The notes under the pieces: generated by a model | Told to the model about the DNA's origin: nothing | The model's input: the letters and a program-made list of their open reading frames with translations, nothing else | The model's database searches: none | Shown here: positions 1 to 11,350 of the stretch, in pieces | How the letters are laid out: each line of letters starts with the position of its first letter | Numbering within the stretch: the stretch's first letter is position 1 | Position numbers and translations under genes: made by a program | Origin: an uncultured Trueperaceae bacterium | GTDB taxonomy: Bacteria; Deinococcota; Deinococci; Deinococcales; Trueperaceae | Assembly: GCA_963815215.1 (NCBI GenBank) | Contig: CAWFFU010000003.1 | Location: 192,001 to 256,000 of the forward strand | Reading direction: 5' to 3' | DNA length: 64,000 bases

Positions 1-2
1 GC

Positions 3-995
3 CGGCCGCGCGCCGCCTTCTTGGCGCTGCTGGCAGCGGCGAGGGACGGCGACGACGTGGCCGCGTCGGCGCTCGCCTTCGTCGCCGCGGCGCGCGAGCA
101 CGTGGAGGTGGCGCCCGTCAGGCAGGTGCTCTCTGGGAAGACCGGACGCCCGCCGTCGAGTGCCGGACCCACGGACGGGCGTGCGCCCGACGACGAGCTG
201 ACGCAGGCCGCTTCCGAAGCGGCGGCGGCGGAGGCGTTGCGCAGGGCACTGATGGGGACGGCGCTCACGGGGACGGCGGCGACGGGGACGGGCGCGACCA
301 CGGGCCCGGAGCGCACCGCCACGCCATCGCGCGCTGCCGGCGCCGGCAGCGAGGGAGCACCGGCCGGCGAAAGACCCGCCGCCGCGGGACCCTCCGTCGC
401 CGACGCCGCGGCGCGGGCGCTCGAGCGCTGCGACGTGGCGCCTGTCGAGGCCGCCGGGTCGGGCGTTGCCGTTGCGCTACGCGCGGCGCTGGCGCTGGCG
501 GCGTTGGACGGGGGCGAGCGACTCTACGCGTCGTTGCGGCTACGGGGCGCCTTGGAGCGTGCGTTGGCGGACGGCAGCGTGGCCGACCCCTGGGCGGCAT
601 CGCGCCTGCCGGTGGTGCTGCTTCGGCTGGGGGCCGGCGGGGCGTCTCTCGATGCGGCGTCGCTGCTCGGCAACGTTGCCCACGACACCGTGGCTCAGGA
701 GTTCCTGGACGTACACGAGCACGGCGGCGAGCGCTGGTTCAGTCAGGAACGGTATCGGCTTCTGGTCGCCGGCGCGCGGGGCTTCGCGGCCGCCTCCGGT
801 GTCGGCGTGGCGGACCTGGCGACTCTGCTTCACGAGCTCGAGCACGCAGAGCGGCGCAGCGGCTACCGCTTCGACCGCCTCGACGGAGGGCCGGAGGAGC
901 TCGGCGCGGGGGCGGCCACCGGTGCCGGACGCAAGCGGCCCGGGCGCGGCACGCTCGATGACGGGTCGAACGACGAGCCACCGGACGGCGATTGA
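3..995 (+). CDS. C-terminal part of a large protein truncated by the window edge; the C-terminus resembles that of some long alpha-amylase-family proteins
   Basis: Frame is open back to the window start; Ala-rich linker, then EFLDVHEHGGERWFSQE and SGYRFDRL; stop at 993-995. Family guess is from memory only. Confidence 0.35.
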   Translation, partial: RPRAAFLALLAAARDGDDVAASALAFVAAAREHVEVAPVRQVLSGKTGRPPSSAGPTDGRAPDDELTQAASEAAAAEALRRALMGTALTGTAATGTGATTGPERTATPSRAAGAGSEGAPAGERPAAAGPSVADAAARALERCDVAPVEAAGSGVAVALRAALALAALDGGERLYASLRLRGALERALADGSVADPWAASRLPVVLLRLGAGGASLDAASLLGNVAHDTVAQEFLDVHEHGGERWFSQERYRLLVAGARGFAAASGVGVADLATLLHELEHAERRSGYRFDRLDGGPEELGAGAATGAGRKRPGRGTLDDGSNDEPPDGD

Positions 996-1063
996 CGGGA
1001 GGGCGCCGCGCACGACCGACCCGGGTCGCCTGAGGGCGTGGCGCGCCCGTTCGCCGACCGGGC

Positions 1064-1597
1064 TCAGGGCTCGATCAGCGAGGACAGCCGGCGGCTGTGG
1101 AGATGGGTGAGGGCCAGGGCCAGGGCGTCGGCGGCGTGGTGGTTGGTCACGGCCTTGTCCAGGCCCAGCAGCGCCCGCACCATGAACCCCACCTGCGCCT
1201 TCTGGGCACGGCCGGTCCCGACCAGTGCCTGCTTCACCTGCATGGGCCCGTACTCGTGGACGGGCACGTGCCGCTCGGCCGCCGCCAGCAACACCACGCC
1301 GTAGGCCTGGCCAACACGGAACGACACGTCACGCTGCTGGTGGAAGAACTGCCCCTCGATCGCCAGCGCGTCCGGGTGGTAGGCATCGAGGAAGGCGGCG
1401 ACGGCGTCCCGGAGGATCAGCAGGCGTTCGGCCTGAGGATCGCTGGACCGCGTGCGAACGACCTCGGAAGCGAGGAGGCGGGCGCCGGGCCGCACCTCCT
1501 CGATCGCACCGAGGCCGAGGTTCGCGATGCCGGGGTCGACGCCCACCACGCGGTAGGGACGACCCCGGGCGGCGGAACGGTCAGCGTTGTCGGGCAT
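1064..1597 (-). CDS. ruvC: Holliday junction resolvase RuvC
   Basis: VVGVDPG, AIE, VKQALVGTGRAQKAQV and HAADALALA motifs. Confidence 0.95.
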   Translation of the reverse strand: MPDNADRSAARGRPYRVVGVDPGIANLGLGAIEEVRPGARLLASEVVRTRSSDPQAERLLILRDAVAAFLDAYHPDALAIEGQFFHQQRDVSFRVGQAYGVVLLAAAERHVPVHEYGPMQVKQALVGTGRAQKAQVGFMVRALLGLDKAVTNHHAADALALALTHLHSRRLSSLIEP

Positions 1598-1621
1598 GGC
1601 GGGCGTGCTGGGACGCCCGGC

Positions 1622-2962
1622 TCAGTACTCGGCGAGGTACTTGTCGAGCTCCCAGTCGTGGACGGCGATCCGGTAGTCATCGAACTCATGCGTCTTGGCT
1701 TCGATGAAGTGCTCGAAGGCGTGCTCGCCGAGCGCTTCGACCATGGTCCGGTCCTTCTGCAGGGCGAGGAGCGCCTCGCGCAAGGTCCCGGGGAGTTCCT
1801 TGATCTTGTGGCGGCGGCGGTCGCGCACGCTCATCTCGAAGATGTTCCGCTGGATGGCGGGAGGCGGCGTCAGATCTCGTTCGATGCCATCCCGACCGGC
1901 CGCCAGCATCACGGCCAGCGCCAGGTAGGGGTTGCACGACGGGTCGGGCATCCGCAGCTCGCTGCGCGTGCCAAGGCCGCGGCGCGCCGGGATGCGGATC
2001 ATCGCGCTGCGGTTGGAGGCCGACCAGGCGATGTTGGTGGGCGCCTCGAAACCGGGTGTCAGGCGCTTATAGCTGTTCACGGTCGGGTTGGTGATCGCTA
2101 CCATGCCAGCGGCGTGCTCGAGCAGCCCGGCGATCCAGTTGAGCGCCGTGCGGGACAGCTGGTACTCGGCCTTCTCGTCGAAGAAGGCGTTCTTCCCGTC
2201 CTTGAACACCGACAGGTGGGTATGCATCCCCGAACCGTTGATGCCGGCCACTGGCTTGGGCATGAAGGTCGCGTGCAGGCCGTGATTGAGGGCGATGCGC
2301 TTGACCACCGTGCGGAACGTCGCGATGGCGTCCGCGGTGCGCAGGGCCTCGTCGTACTTGAAGTCGATCTCGTGCTGCCCGGGTGCCACTTCGTGGTGGG
2401 CGGCCTCGATCTCGAAGCCCATCTCGACCAGCGCGTTCACCATGTCGCGGCGCGCTTCCTCGCCAAGGTCCACCGGCGCCAGATCGAAATAGCCGGCCTT
2501 GTCGTGTGTGATGGTGGTGGGGGTTCCGTCGCCGTCGCGCAGGAACAGGAAGAACTCGGGCTCGGGACCGGCGTACATGTCGTCGAAGCCGAGCTTCTTG
2601 AGCTTGTCGATCTCGCGTTGCAGGATGGTCCGCGGGTCGCCGTCGAAGGGCGTGCCGTCGGGCAGCTTGATATTGCAGATGAGGCGCGCCACGGTTCCGC
2701 GCTCGGCGCCTTCGATGATGTCGGGGAAGATGAGGAAGGTCTCGAAGTCTGGGTCGAGAAGCATGTCCGACTCCTCGATGCGCGTGAAGCCCTGCACCGA
2801 CGATCCGTCGAACATGATCTCGCCGTCGAGCGCCTTGTCGAACTGCGAGGCGGGGAGCTCGACGTTCTTGTTGTGCCCCAGGATGTCGGTGAACTGGAGG
2901 CGCAGGAACTTGACGTCCTGTTCCTTGAGACGCTTCTGGATCTCGCTCTTGGTGATGGGCAC
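1622..2962 (-). CDS. glnA: Glutamine synthetase type I (GSI-alpha-like)
   Basis: [56 protein letters not shown] before the GTG start. Confidence 0.97.
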   Translation of the reverse strand: MPITKSEIQKRLKEQDVKFLRLQFTDILGHNKNVELPASQFDKALDGEIMFDGSSVQGFTRIEESDMLLDPDFETFLIFPDIIEGAERGTVARLICNIKLPDGTPFDGDPRTILQREIDKLKKLGFDDMYAGPEPEFFLFLRDGDGTPTTITHDKAGYFDLAPVDLGEEARRDMVNALVEMGFEIEAAHHEVAPGQHEIDFKYDEALRTADAIATFRTVVKRIALNHGLHATFMPKPVAGINGSGMHTHLSVFKDGKNAFFDEKAEYQLSRTALNWIAGLLEHAAGMVAITNPTVNSYKRLTPGFEAPTNIAWSASNRSAMIRIPARRGLGTRSELRMPDPSCNPYLALAVMLAAGRDGIERDLTPPPAIQRNIFEMSVRDRRRHKIKELPGTLREALLALQKDRTMVEALGEHAFEHFIEAKTHEFDDYRIAVHDWELDKYLAEY

Positions 2963-3141
2963 GCGTTGTCCTCCTCGGGATGGTAGCTACGTGGTGAACG
3001 GGTGTGATGGCGCCCGCCTGTCTCCTTCGGAACGCTACCACGGAGGCGGGGGATCCGTGATCGCTGGTGCGGCTTTCGATGTGCACTGGGTCGTCTGGCG
3101 CCGATCATCGGGCCGGAATCCGGCGCCGGGGTGACCGGACG

Positions 3142-3246
3142 TCAGGCAGAACGGGCGCGTTGGGCGCCAAAGGGTTCGGTGGGCTCGAGGTCGACCCTCT
3201 CGGCTCCGGGCTCGCGGCCCGACTCGATGAACGCGCAGGCTGTCAT
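3142..3246 (-). CDS. Putative 34-aa small ORF in the glnA leader (MTACAFIESGREPGAERVDLEPTEPFGAQRARSA)
   Basis: GAGGAG 7 nt before the ATG, downstream of the predicted glnA promoter; no recognisable domain. Confidence 0.25.
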   Translation of the reverse strand: MTACAFIESGREPGAERVDLEPTEPFGAQRARSA

Positions 3247-3312
3247 CGCAATACTCCTCATCCGTCAACTTCTATGCTAACACCTGGCATGAGTGGAGCA
3301 CATAGTGTGCAA

Positions 3313-3379
3313 AGCGTAGCCCGAAAGTGCGCGTATCGTCAATCATAGCTTGACCACGCGACATCGCGAGGGGTATCCT
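3313..3379. promoter_or_regulatory. Back-to-back divergent sigma70-type promoters for glnA (minus) and the ABC operon (plus)
   Basis: Minus: TTGACG (3342-3337)-18-TACGCT (3318-3313). Plus: TTGACC (3350-3355)-18-TATCCT (3374-3379). Confidence 0.65.
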
Positions 3380-3579
3380 TCCCGGCGCGGGGCTCGAGGA
3401 GTCCATGCATGCCGGGCGTCGCTCGCTGCCAGCGCGGGCCGCGTGCGATCCGGCCCAGATCCGTTCAGAGACGAAGCAGTACCGCGATGCCGCGGGGGAA
3501 GGCGCTCCAGCGCGCTGCTGGACAAGCGTGATGGCCTCCGGTAGACTCGGACCTGCAACTCGAAAGGAGAGCGAGCCTG

Positions 3580-4839
3580 ATGAGGAAGGTTCTCAAGGTA
3601 GGCGCAGTATTGGTGGCTCTGGCGTTTGGCTCGGCCATGGCGCAGAGCTGCACGGTGACGATCGGTAGCGTCATGGCCCTGACGGGATCCCTGGGGGTCC
3701 TGGGGCAGGCGATCGCGCAAGGTGCGCAGCTTGCCGTATCGGATCTGAACGCCGCCGGAGGCGTCGACGGCTGCACCGTGAAGCTGGCGCTGTCCGATGA
3801 CCAGACGCAGGCCAACGTCGGCGTCGATGCTGCCAAGAAGCTCGTCGACGTTCAGCACGTGCCGGCCATCGTCGGCGCGCTGTCGAGCGGGATCACCACC
3901 GCGATCCTCACCTCGGTGACGGCTCCCGGCAACGTCATCCTGATCTCGCCCGCTTCGACCTCGCCGACGCTGACTGACCTCGGCAAGCAGGGCAAGACCG
4001 GCGGCTATTTCTTCCGCACTGCCCCGTCCGACGCCCTGCAGGGTGTGGCCATGGCCAAGGAGGCACTCGACGGCGGCGTCAAGAAGGTGGCCGTCCTGTA
4101 CCTGAACAACGCCTACGGCCAGGGTCTCGCCGAGCAGTTCAGCGCGGCCTACCAGAAGCTCGGCGGCACCATCTCGCAGAGCGTCGTCTATAACCCGGAC
4201 CAGCCTTCGTACCGTTCCGAGGTCACCAAGGCGCTCCAGGGCGGTCCGCAGGGCCTGTTGCTGATCGGCTACCCGGGTGACGGCACCACCATCGCCCGCG
4301 AGTGGGTGGCGTCCGGTGGTCCGCAGACCTGGCTCCTGCCCGACGGTCTCGAGGACCAGCACTTCGTGAACGACGTCGGCCCGCAGTACTTCAAGACCGT
4401 CTACGGCACGGCGCCCGGCACCTCCAACACGCCGTCGCTGGCGACCTTCCGCTCGGAGTTCAAGGCCAAGTTCGGGACGCTGCCCACCCAGGCGTACATC
4501 ACCAACGCCTACGACGCCACGATCATCGTGGGCCTGGCGATGGAGTACGCCAAGACGACCACCGACACGGCTGCGATCCGTGACGCCATGCGCAAGGTCA
4601 CCGACCCCAACGGTCAGAAGGTCTACGCCGGCGTCAGCGAATTGGAAGCCGCGCACGGCCTGATGAAGCTGGGAACGACCGTCCAGTACATCGGCGCCAC
4701 CGGTCCGCTGCAGTTCGATCAGTACGGTGACGTGGCCGGCCCGTACGTGAAGTGGACCGTCAAGAACAACACCGTCACCGAGACCGGCATGGTCACGGTC
4801 GCGGAGATCCAGCAGGTCGAATCGCAGATGGGGCAGTAA
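3580..4839 (+). CDS. Branched-chain amino acid-type (Liv/HAAT) ABC transporter substrate-binding protein
   Basis: Signal peptide (AMA-Q); LTGSLG, INAAGG-like, SPASTSP, FFRTAPSD, YG.GLA, AYDA; AAGGAG SD. Confidence 0.92.
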   Translation: MRKVLKVGAVLVALAFGSAMAQSCTVTIGSVMALTGSLGVLGQAIAQGAQLAVSDLNAAGGVDGCTVKLALSDDQTQANVGVDAAKKLVDVQHVPAIVGALSSGITTAILTSVTAPGNVILISPASTSPTLTDLGKQGKTGGYFFRTAPSDALQGVAMAKEALDGGVKKVAVLYLNNAYGQGLAEQFSAAYQKLGGTISQSVVYNPDQPSYRSEVTKALQGGPQGLLLIGYPGDGTTIAREWVASGGPQTWLLPDGLEDQHFVNDVGPQYFKTVYGTAPGTSNTPSLATFRSEFKAKFGTLPTQAYITNAYDATIIVGLAMEYAKTTTDTAAIRDAMRKVTDPNGQKVYAGVSELEAAHGLMKLGTTVQYIGATGPLQFDQYGDVAGPYVKWTVKNNTVTETGMVTVAEIQQVESQMGQ

Positions 4840-4858
4840 CCGCCCCGTAGCGATCGTT

Positions 4859-4896
4859 CGCGAAAGGGGCCGCCTTCGCTGGCGGCCCCTTTCGCG
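4859..4896 (+). terminator. 16-bp perfect hairpin after the SBP gene (terminator or mRNA-stabilising stem)
   Basis: CGCGAAAGGGGCCGCC-ttcgct-GGCGGCCCCTTTCGCG. Confidence 0.7.
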
Positions 4897-5044
4897 TGCA
4901 CGGGACGGGCACCCCGACGCGCGAACGCCGCGCGTGCTCGGGGCCCCCGGCGTATCTGTTAATATTCATGCGAGTGAATGCAGGCAATCTTCGCGCGAGC
5001 CGCGCCGGCGCCGCCTTCCGGGCTCGGCCACGACAGGGAACGGG

Positions 5045-5803
5045 ATGCTAGAAGCGACGAATCTGATCAAGGACTTCGGAGGCTTGCGAGCCGTCAACCG
5101 CGTGTCGTTCGAGATCGAGCAGCACACCATCACTGGGCTCATCGGTCCCAACGGTGCCGGCAAGACCACGCTCTTCAACATGCTGGCAGGGGCGTTGCGA
5201 CCGACCTCGGGAGAGATCGCCTTCCGGGACAAGCGCGTCGAGGGCAGGCCGCCTCACGTCATCTTCCGCTCCGGGCTGGTCCGAACCTTCCAGATCCCGC
5301 GACCGTTCGCGGAGATGACGGTGCTGGAGAACGTGATGCTGGTGCCCCTGGATCAGGCCGGGGAGCGCTTCTGGAACAACTGGATCAGGCGCGGGACAGT
5401 GCGCGCCCAGGAGCGCGCGGCCCGGGATCGGGCGCGCGAGACGTTGGCGTTCCTCGGCCTCGAGCGTCTCGCCGGCGAGTATGCCAAGAACCTTTCGGGC
5501 GGCCAGCAGAAGCTGTTGGAGATCGCTCGCGCCCTGATGGCCGATCCGACGCTGATCCTGCTCGACGAGCCGGGGGCAGGCGTCAACCCGACGCTCCTGG
5601 GGACCATCATGGACAAGTTGCAGGAGATTCACGACACCGGAATAACCTTCCTGATCATCGAACACAACATGGACCTCATCGCAGCGCTGTGCGACCCGGT
5701 GCTGGTGATGGCGCAGGGCGAGCTGCTCATGACGGGTACCCCGGACGAGGTGCGCTCCGACCAGCGCGTCCTCGAGGCCTACCTGGGGGGTGCGCCCGCA
5801 TGA
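5045..5803 (+). CDS. livG: ABC transporter ATP-binding protein, LivG-like
   Basis: GPNGAGKTT, RTFQ, LSGGQ, LLDEPGAG, IEHNM, EAYLG. Confidence 0.9.
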   Translation: MLEATNLIKDFGGLRAVNRVSFEIEQHTITGLIGPNGAGKTTLFNMLAGALRPTSGEIAFRDKRVEGRPPHVIFRSGLVRTFQIPRPFAEMTVLENVMLVPLDQAGERFWNNWIRRGTVRAQERAARDRARETLAFLGLERLAGEYAKNLSGGQQKLLEIARALMADPTLILLDEPGAGVNPTLLGTIMDKLQEIHDTGITFLIIEHNMDLIAALCDPVLVMAQGELLMTGTPDEVRSDQRVLEAYLGGAPA

Positions 5804-6528
5804 GCGATGTGGCCCTCGCTGTCGAAGGCGTGGTTGCCGGCTACGTGGCCGAAGTCGACATCCTTCGCGGTGTCGAGCTCGAAGTGCGTCCGGGCGAGAT
5901 CGTCACGGTCCTGGGCCCGAACGGCGCCGGCAAGTCCACCCTGATCAAGCTCATCGCCGGCCTGCTGCGCGTGCGCTCCGGCAGCGTGCGGCTCTTCGGC
6001 AAGGACATCAGCAACCTCCCGGCGCACCGCATGGTCGGCGAGGGCGTCGGCTACGTTCCTCAGACCAACAACATCTTCGCGAAGCTGACGGTCGAGGAGA
6101 ACCTGGAGATGGGCGCCTACGTCCGGCCGCAGGACCTGCGCGCGGGGCTCGAGCAGGCCTACGAGACCTTCCCCGACCTCAAGCGCTTCCGTCACCAGGC
6201 GGCGGGCCGGCTCTCGGGCGGTCAGCGGCAGATGGTGGCGATCGCCCGTGCGCTGATGCACCGGCCGCGCCTGATGCTCCTCGACGAACCCTCTGCCGGG
6301 CTGTCGCCCCTGCTGGTGGGCCACGTCTTCGACAAGATCCGGGAGGTCCGTGACATCGGGGTGACCATGCTGATCGTCGAGCAGAACGCCAAGGCGGCCC
6401 TGGCCATCTCGGACCGGGGCTACGTGCTCGCCGAAGGCCGTGACCGGGTCAACGGGCCGGCGCAGGAGCTGCTCGAGAACCCCGAGGTCGGCGAGCTCTA
6501 CCTCGGCGCGCGAAAGGGGCTAGCCTAG
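5800..6528 (+). CDS. livF: ABC transporter ATP-binding protein, LivF-like
   Basis: GPNGAGKST, LSGGQRQM, LLDEPSAGL, VEQNA; ATGA overlap with the preceding gene. Confidence 0.9.
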   Translation: MSDVALAVEGVVAGYVAEVDILRGVELEVRPGEIVTVLGPNGAGKSTLIKLIAGLLRVRSGSVRLFGKDISNLPAHRMVGEGVGYVPQTNNIFAKLTVEENLEMGAYVRPQDLRAGLEQAYETFPDLKRFRHQAAGRLSGGQRQMVAIARALMHRPRLMLLDEPSAGLSPLLVGHVFDKIREVRDIGVTMLIVEQNAKAALAISDRGYVLAEGRDRVNGPAQELLENPEVGELYLGARKGLA

Positions 6529-7418
6529 TGGGCCAGTACATCGCTGACGGCATCATCCTCGGCGCCACGCTGTCGCTCGGCGCGATCGGGCTGACGCTCA
6601 CGTTCAACATCTTGCGCTTCGCGAACTTCGCTCACGGCGAGCTTCTCACGTTCGGTGCGTACTTCGCCTTGGCGCTGGCCAGCGTGCTGTCGTTCGGGCC
6701 CACGCTGGGGTCGCTCACCTTCGGCTGGGGCTTCATCCTCGTGATCGTGCTGGCCGCTGTGTTGACGGCGGGACTGGCCCTGGTCGTGGACTGGCTGGTA
6801 TACCGGATCCTGCGCCGCAGCGATGTCGCGGTAGCGCTGGTGATCGCTTCGTTCGGTGCATCCTTGATGCTGCGCAACGTGGTGGTGTTGATCTGGGGGC
6901 CGCAGCCGGAATACTACTCGCGGACGATCTCCATCGCCCAGCCGCTCCTCCCCGGAGTGCGGGTGACAGCGGACGAGATCTTCGTGGTGGTGCTGGCGGC
7001 CGTGCTGATGATCGGCCTCCACCTGTTCCTCACCCGTACCCGCATGGGCAAGGCCATGCGTGCCGTCTCCGACAACGTGCTGCTGGCGCAGGTGACCGGC
7101 ATCAACGTGCACAACATCATCCGTCTCGTCTGGATCGTGGGCGGCTCGCTCGCGGCCATCGGCGGCGTGTTCTACGGCATCACCGTTCAGGTGGGGCCGA
7201 ACATGGGCTTCAACCTGATCCTGCCGATGTTCGCATCGGCCATCCTGGGCGGCATCGGGAGTGTCTACGGCGCCGTGCTCGGCGGCATGGTGATCGGGCT
7301 CGCGGAGTCGGTGTCGACGATGTGGATCGATCCCGCCTACAAGCCGGCGGTCGGGTTCGCGCTGATGTTCCTGATGCTTCTGGTCTATCCGAGTGGGCTC
7401 CTGGGAGAACGGTCGTGA
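6528..7418 (+). CDS. livH: ABC transporter permease, LivH-like
   Basis: NFAHG, GKAMRAVSDN, ILGGIGS, hydrophobic segments. Confidence 0.9.
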   Translation: MGQYIADGIILGATLSLGAIGLTLTFNILRFANFAHGELLTFGAYFALALASVLSFGPTLGSLTFGWGFILVIVLAAVLTAGLALVVDWLVYRILRRSDVAVALVIASFGASLMLRNVVVLIWGPQPEYYSRTISIAQPLLPGVRVTADEIFVVVLAAVLMIGLHLFLTRTRMGKAMRAVSDNVLLAQVTGINVHNIIRLVWIVGGSLAAIGGVFYGITVQVGPNMGFNLILPMFASAILGGIGSVYGAVLGGMVIGLAESVSTMWIDPAYKPAVGFALMFLMLLVYPSGLLGERS

Positions 7419-8380
7419 CCGGCCTCGCCTCCTACCTCGTATTCTTCCTCATCCAGGCGCTGGTGTACTCGGTGGTGGCGCTGGGCCTCAACCTTCAGTG
7501 GGGCTACACCGGGCTGTTCAACATCGGAGTCGCCGGCTTCTTCCTGGTGGGGGGATACACCTTCGCCATCCTCAGCGGACCGGCCTACAGCACCCATCTC
7601 GGTGGCTTCGGACTGCCGTTCGTGGTGGGGCTGGGAGGCGCCATCCTGGCATCGGCCCTGGTCGCCTGGGTGGTAGGCCTCCCGACGCTCAGGTTGCGAG
7701 AGGACTACCTGGCGATCGCCACCATCGGCATCGCGGTGACGCTGCAACTGGTCGCCCTGAACGCGCGCGGCCTGACCGGGGGGAGCCGGGGCGCGGAGAG
7801 CATCCCGAGACCGTTCGAGCACCTCACCCACAGCAGCCTGGCGAGCAACATCGTGTTCCTGGTGCTGATGGTGGTCGTGGTGCTGCTCATCTACTACGCG
7901 CTGGAGGCGATGGTCCGCTCACCATGGGGGCGCGTTCTGAAGGCCATCCGCGAGGACGAGGCGGCGGCCTCCTCGTTGGGCAAGAGTCCGTTCCGCTTCC
8001 GCCTCCAGTCCTTCGTGATCGGCAGCGCCATCATGGGGCTGGGCGGCGCGCTCAACGCCAGCTTCATCGGTTTCATCGCCCCGACGGACTTCCTGCCCAT
8101 CCTCACCTTCGAGATCTGGGCGATGCTCATCGTCGGGGGTAGCGGCAACAATCGCGGCGCCATCCTCGGATCGGTGCTGGTGTGGGCGCTGTGGACGGGC
8201 ACCGGCTCGTTGACGCAGGCGATCCTGCCGTCGGGCCTGCAGGTCAAGGGAGGCGCGCTGCAGATCATCCTCATCGGTCTGGTGCTGATGGTGATGCTGG
8301 TGCTTCGCCCGCGTGGCCTGATCGGTGAGGAGGCCGTGGTGTCGCGCGAGGCCGAGCTCGGTGGCGAGGGGCGCGGCTAG
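7415..8380 (+). CDS. livM: ABC transporter permease, LivM-like
   Basis: LGLNLQWGYTG, LRLREDYLAIAT, SPWGRVLKAIREDE, IVGGSGN, RPRGL; GTGA overlap. Confidence 0.9.
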   Translation: MTGLASYLVFFLIQALVYSVVALGLNLQWGYTGLFNIGVAGFFLVGGYTFAILSGPAYSTHLGGFGLPFVVGLGGAILASALVAWVVGLPTLRLREDYLAIATIGIAVTLQLVALNARGLTGGSRGAESIPRPFEHLTHSSLASNIVFLVLMVVVVLLIYYALEAMVRSPWGRVLKAIREDEAAASSLGKSPFRFRLQSFVIGSAIMGLGGALNASFIGFIAPTDFLPILTFEIWAMLIVGGSGNNRGAILGSVLVWALWTGTGSLTQAILPSGLQVKGGALQIILIGLVLMVMLVLRPRGLIGEEAVVSREAELGGEGRG

Positions 8381-8535
8381 CCTCGGGCGACGACAACCGG
8401 CTACGTGCGACGGATCGGCGAGGTGGTGCTGTCGGGTGAGGCTCGGGAGCCATTCCACGACCACACCAAGGAGCGCGCCTGCCCGGGAGACGTGCAACCG
8501 GGCAGGCGCGCTGCAGCGTGGGCCGGAACGCCGCG

Positions 8536-9915
<1,380 letters not shown>

Positions 9916-10055
9916 GGGTTACCTTGTACCACGGCGCTTCCGGGCCACGGAAAGGCGGAATGTCCCACCTCAGGCCGAATGTCCTCCGCCGGCCGGGGCG
10001 CTGCGACGAGCGTGCGTTTGCGTCCACCAGGGCACGACGGGTATCCTTGCAGGCC

Positions 10056-11339
10056 ATGACCTCGAGGAGCGTGGCGAGCGCGGCCCCCCCGGACCTGCCG
10101 CTGGTGCACAAGTACGGCGGTACCAGCGTCGGCGACGTCGAACGCATCCGCAAGGTGGCCGCCCGTATCGCCGCCGCCGCTGCCGATGGGCGGCGTATCG
10201 CCGTCACCGTCTCCGCCATGGGTCACAGCACCGACCGCCTGGTCGGCCTGGCGCGCGAGCTGTCCGCCCGCCCCTCGCGGCGTGAGCTCGACGTGTTGCT
10301 GGCGACGGGTGAGCAGCAGTCGATCGCGCTGGTGGCCATCGCGCTACTGTCGCTGGGCGTGAAAGCGCGTTCGTTCACCGGTGCGCAGGCGGGCTTCCTG
10401 ACCGATGCGCGCCACGGCAGTGCACGCATCCTGGAGGTCGACACCCGTGGCGTGCGCGCAGCGCTCGAGGCCGGCGAGGTGGCGTTGGTGGCGGGCTTCC
10501 AGGGCGTGGACTCCGGGGGCGCCATCACCACCCTCGGGCGCGGCGGCTCGGACACCACCGCGGTGGCGCTGGCCGCGGCCCTGGGCGCTCCCGAGTGCGA
10601 GATCTTCACCGACACCGAAGGCGTGTACACCACCGACCCGCACCTCATCCCCACGGCGCGGAAGCTCGACGCCGTCGACTACGACGAGATGCTCGAGCTC
10701 GCCGCACTCGGTGCCGGCGTGCTCCACCCCCGCAGCGTGTGGTACGCGCGCCGCTACGGCGTACGCATCCACGTCCGTAGCTCGTTCAGCCATAACCCGG
10801 GGACCATCGTTACCCGGCTCGAGCGCCCCCAGGAGGCCCGCATGATCACGGAGAAGCCGGTCACCGGTGTGGCCCTCGACCTGAACCACGCCCGCATCGA
10901 CGTCCACGGAGTGCCGGACGAACCCGGCATCGCCGCGCGCCTGTTCACCGCGCTCGGGCGCGCCGGGGTCAGCCCCGACATGATCGTCCAAGGCGTGCGC
11001 GCCGTGTCGGAGAGCCGTCAACAGATGGCGTTCACGGTCCCGCAGGACGCCATGGAAGAGGCCCTCGAGGCGCTGCGTCCTGTGCTGGACGGGCTGGGAG
11101 CCAGCGCCACGGCCGATCCCGACGTGGCCAAGCTGTCGATCGTGGGCATCGCCGTCGGGTCCACGCCGGGAGTGGCCGGCCGCATGTTCGACGCCGTCGC
11201 CGGCGCGGGCTCCAACATCGAGATGATCACCACCAGCGAGGTCCGCATCAGCGTCGTCATCCCGGCGCTGCGCGCCAGGGAGGCGCTGCGCGCGGTCCAC
11301 GCAGCGTTCGGCCTGGACGCTCCCGAGCGGGCGGGTTAG
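10056..11339 (+). CDS. lysC: Aspartate kinase (alpha subunit; beta subunit probably from the internal start at 10842)
   Basis: [38 protein letters not shown], two ACT domains, TSEVRIS. Confidence 0.95.
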   Translation: MTSRSVASAAPPDLPLVHKYGGTSVGDVERIRKVAARIAAAAADGRRIAVTVSAMGHSTDRLVGLARELSARPSRRELDVLLATGEQQSIALVAIALLSLGVKARSFTGAQAGFLTDARHGSARILEVDTRGVRAALEAGEVALVAGFQGVDSGGAITTLGRGGSDTTAVALAAALGAPECEIFTDTEGVYTTDPHLIPTARKLDAVDYDEMLELAALGAGVLHPRSVWYARRYGVRIHVRSSFSHNPGTIVTRLERPQEARMITEKPVTGVALDLNHARIDVHGVPDEPGIAARLFTALGRAGVSPDMIVQGVRAVSESRQQMAFTVPQDAMEEALEALRPVLDGLGASATADPDVAKLSIVGIAVGSTPGVAGRMFDAVAGAGSNIEMITTSEVRISVVIPALRAREALRAVHAAFGLDAPERAG

Positions 11340-11350
11340 GAGCGGCGCCG

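Noticed and set aside
255..303. 15-bp tandem repeats (GTALT/GTAAT/GTGAT), and similar ones at 47814-47843
   Set aside because: In-frame low-complexity linker expansions with no unique spacers; not CRISPR.
1097..2986. 629-aa plus-strand ORF, and similar long ORFs at 21687-24341, 32900-34750, 37956-39446 and 61594-63456
   Set aside because: Antisense shadows of well-supported genes, expected in very GC-rich DNA; no motifs.
3200..3240. CGTTCATC resembling the start of the known glutamine (glnA) riboswitch
   Set aside because: The downstream GGAAGTA and closing AACG elements are not present in the expected arrangement.
9916..10055. Possible lysine riboswitch upstream of lysC
   Set aside because: Intergenic region is only 140 bp and a -10 box sits 8 nt from the ATG.
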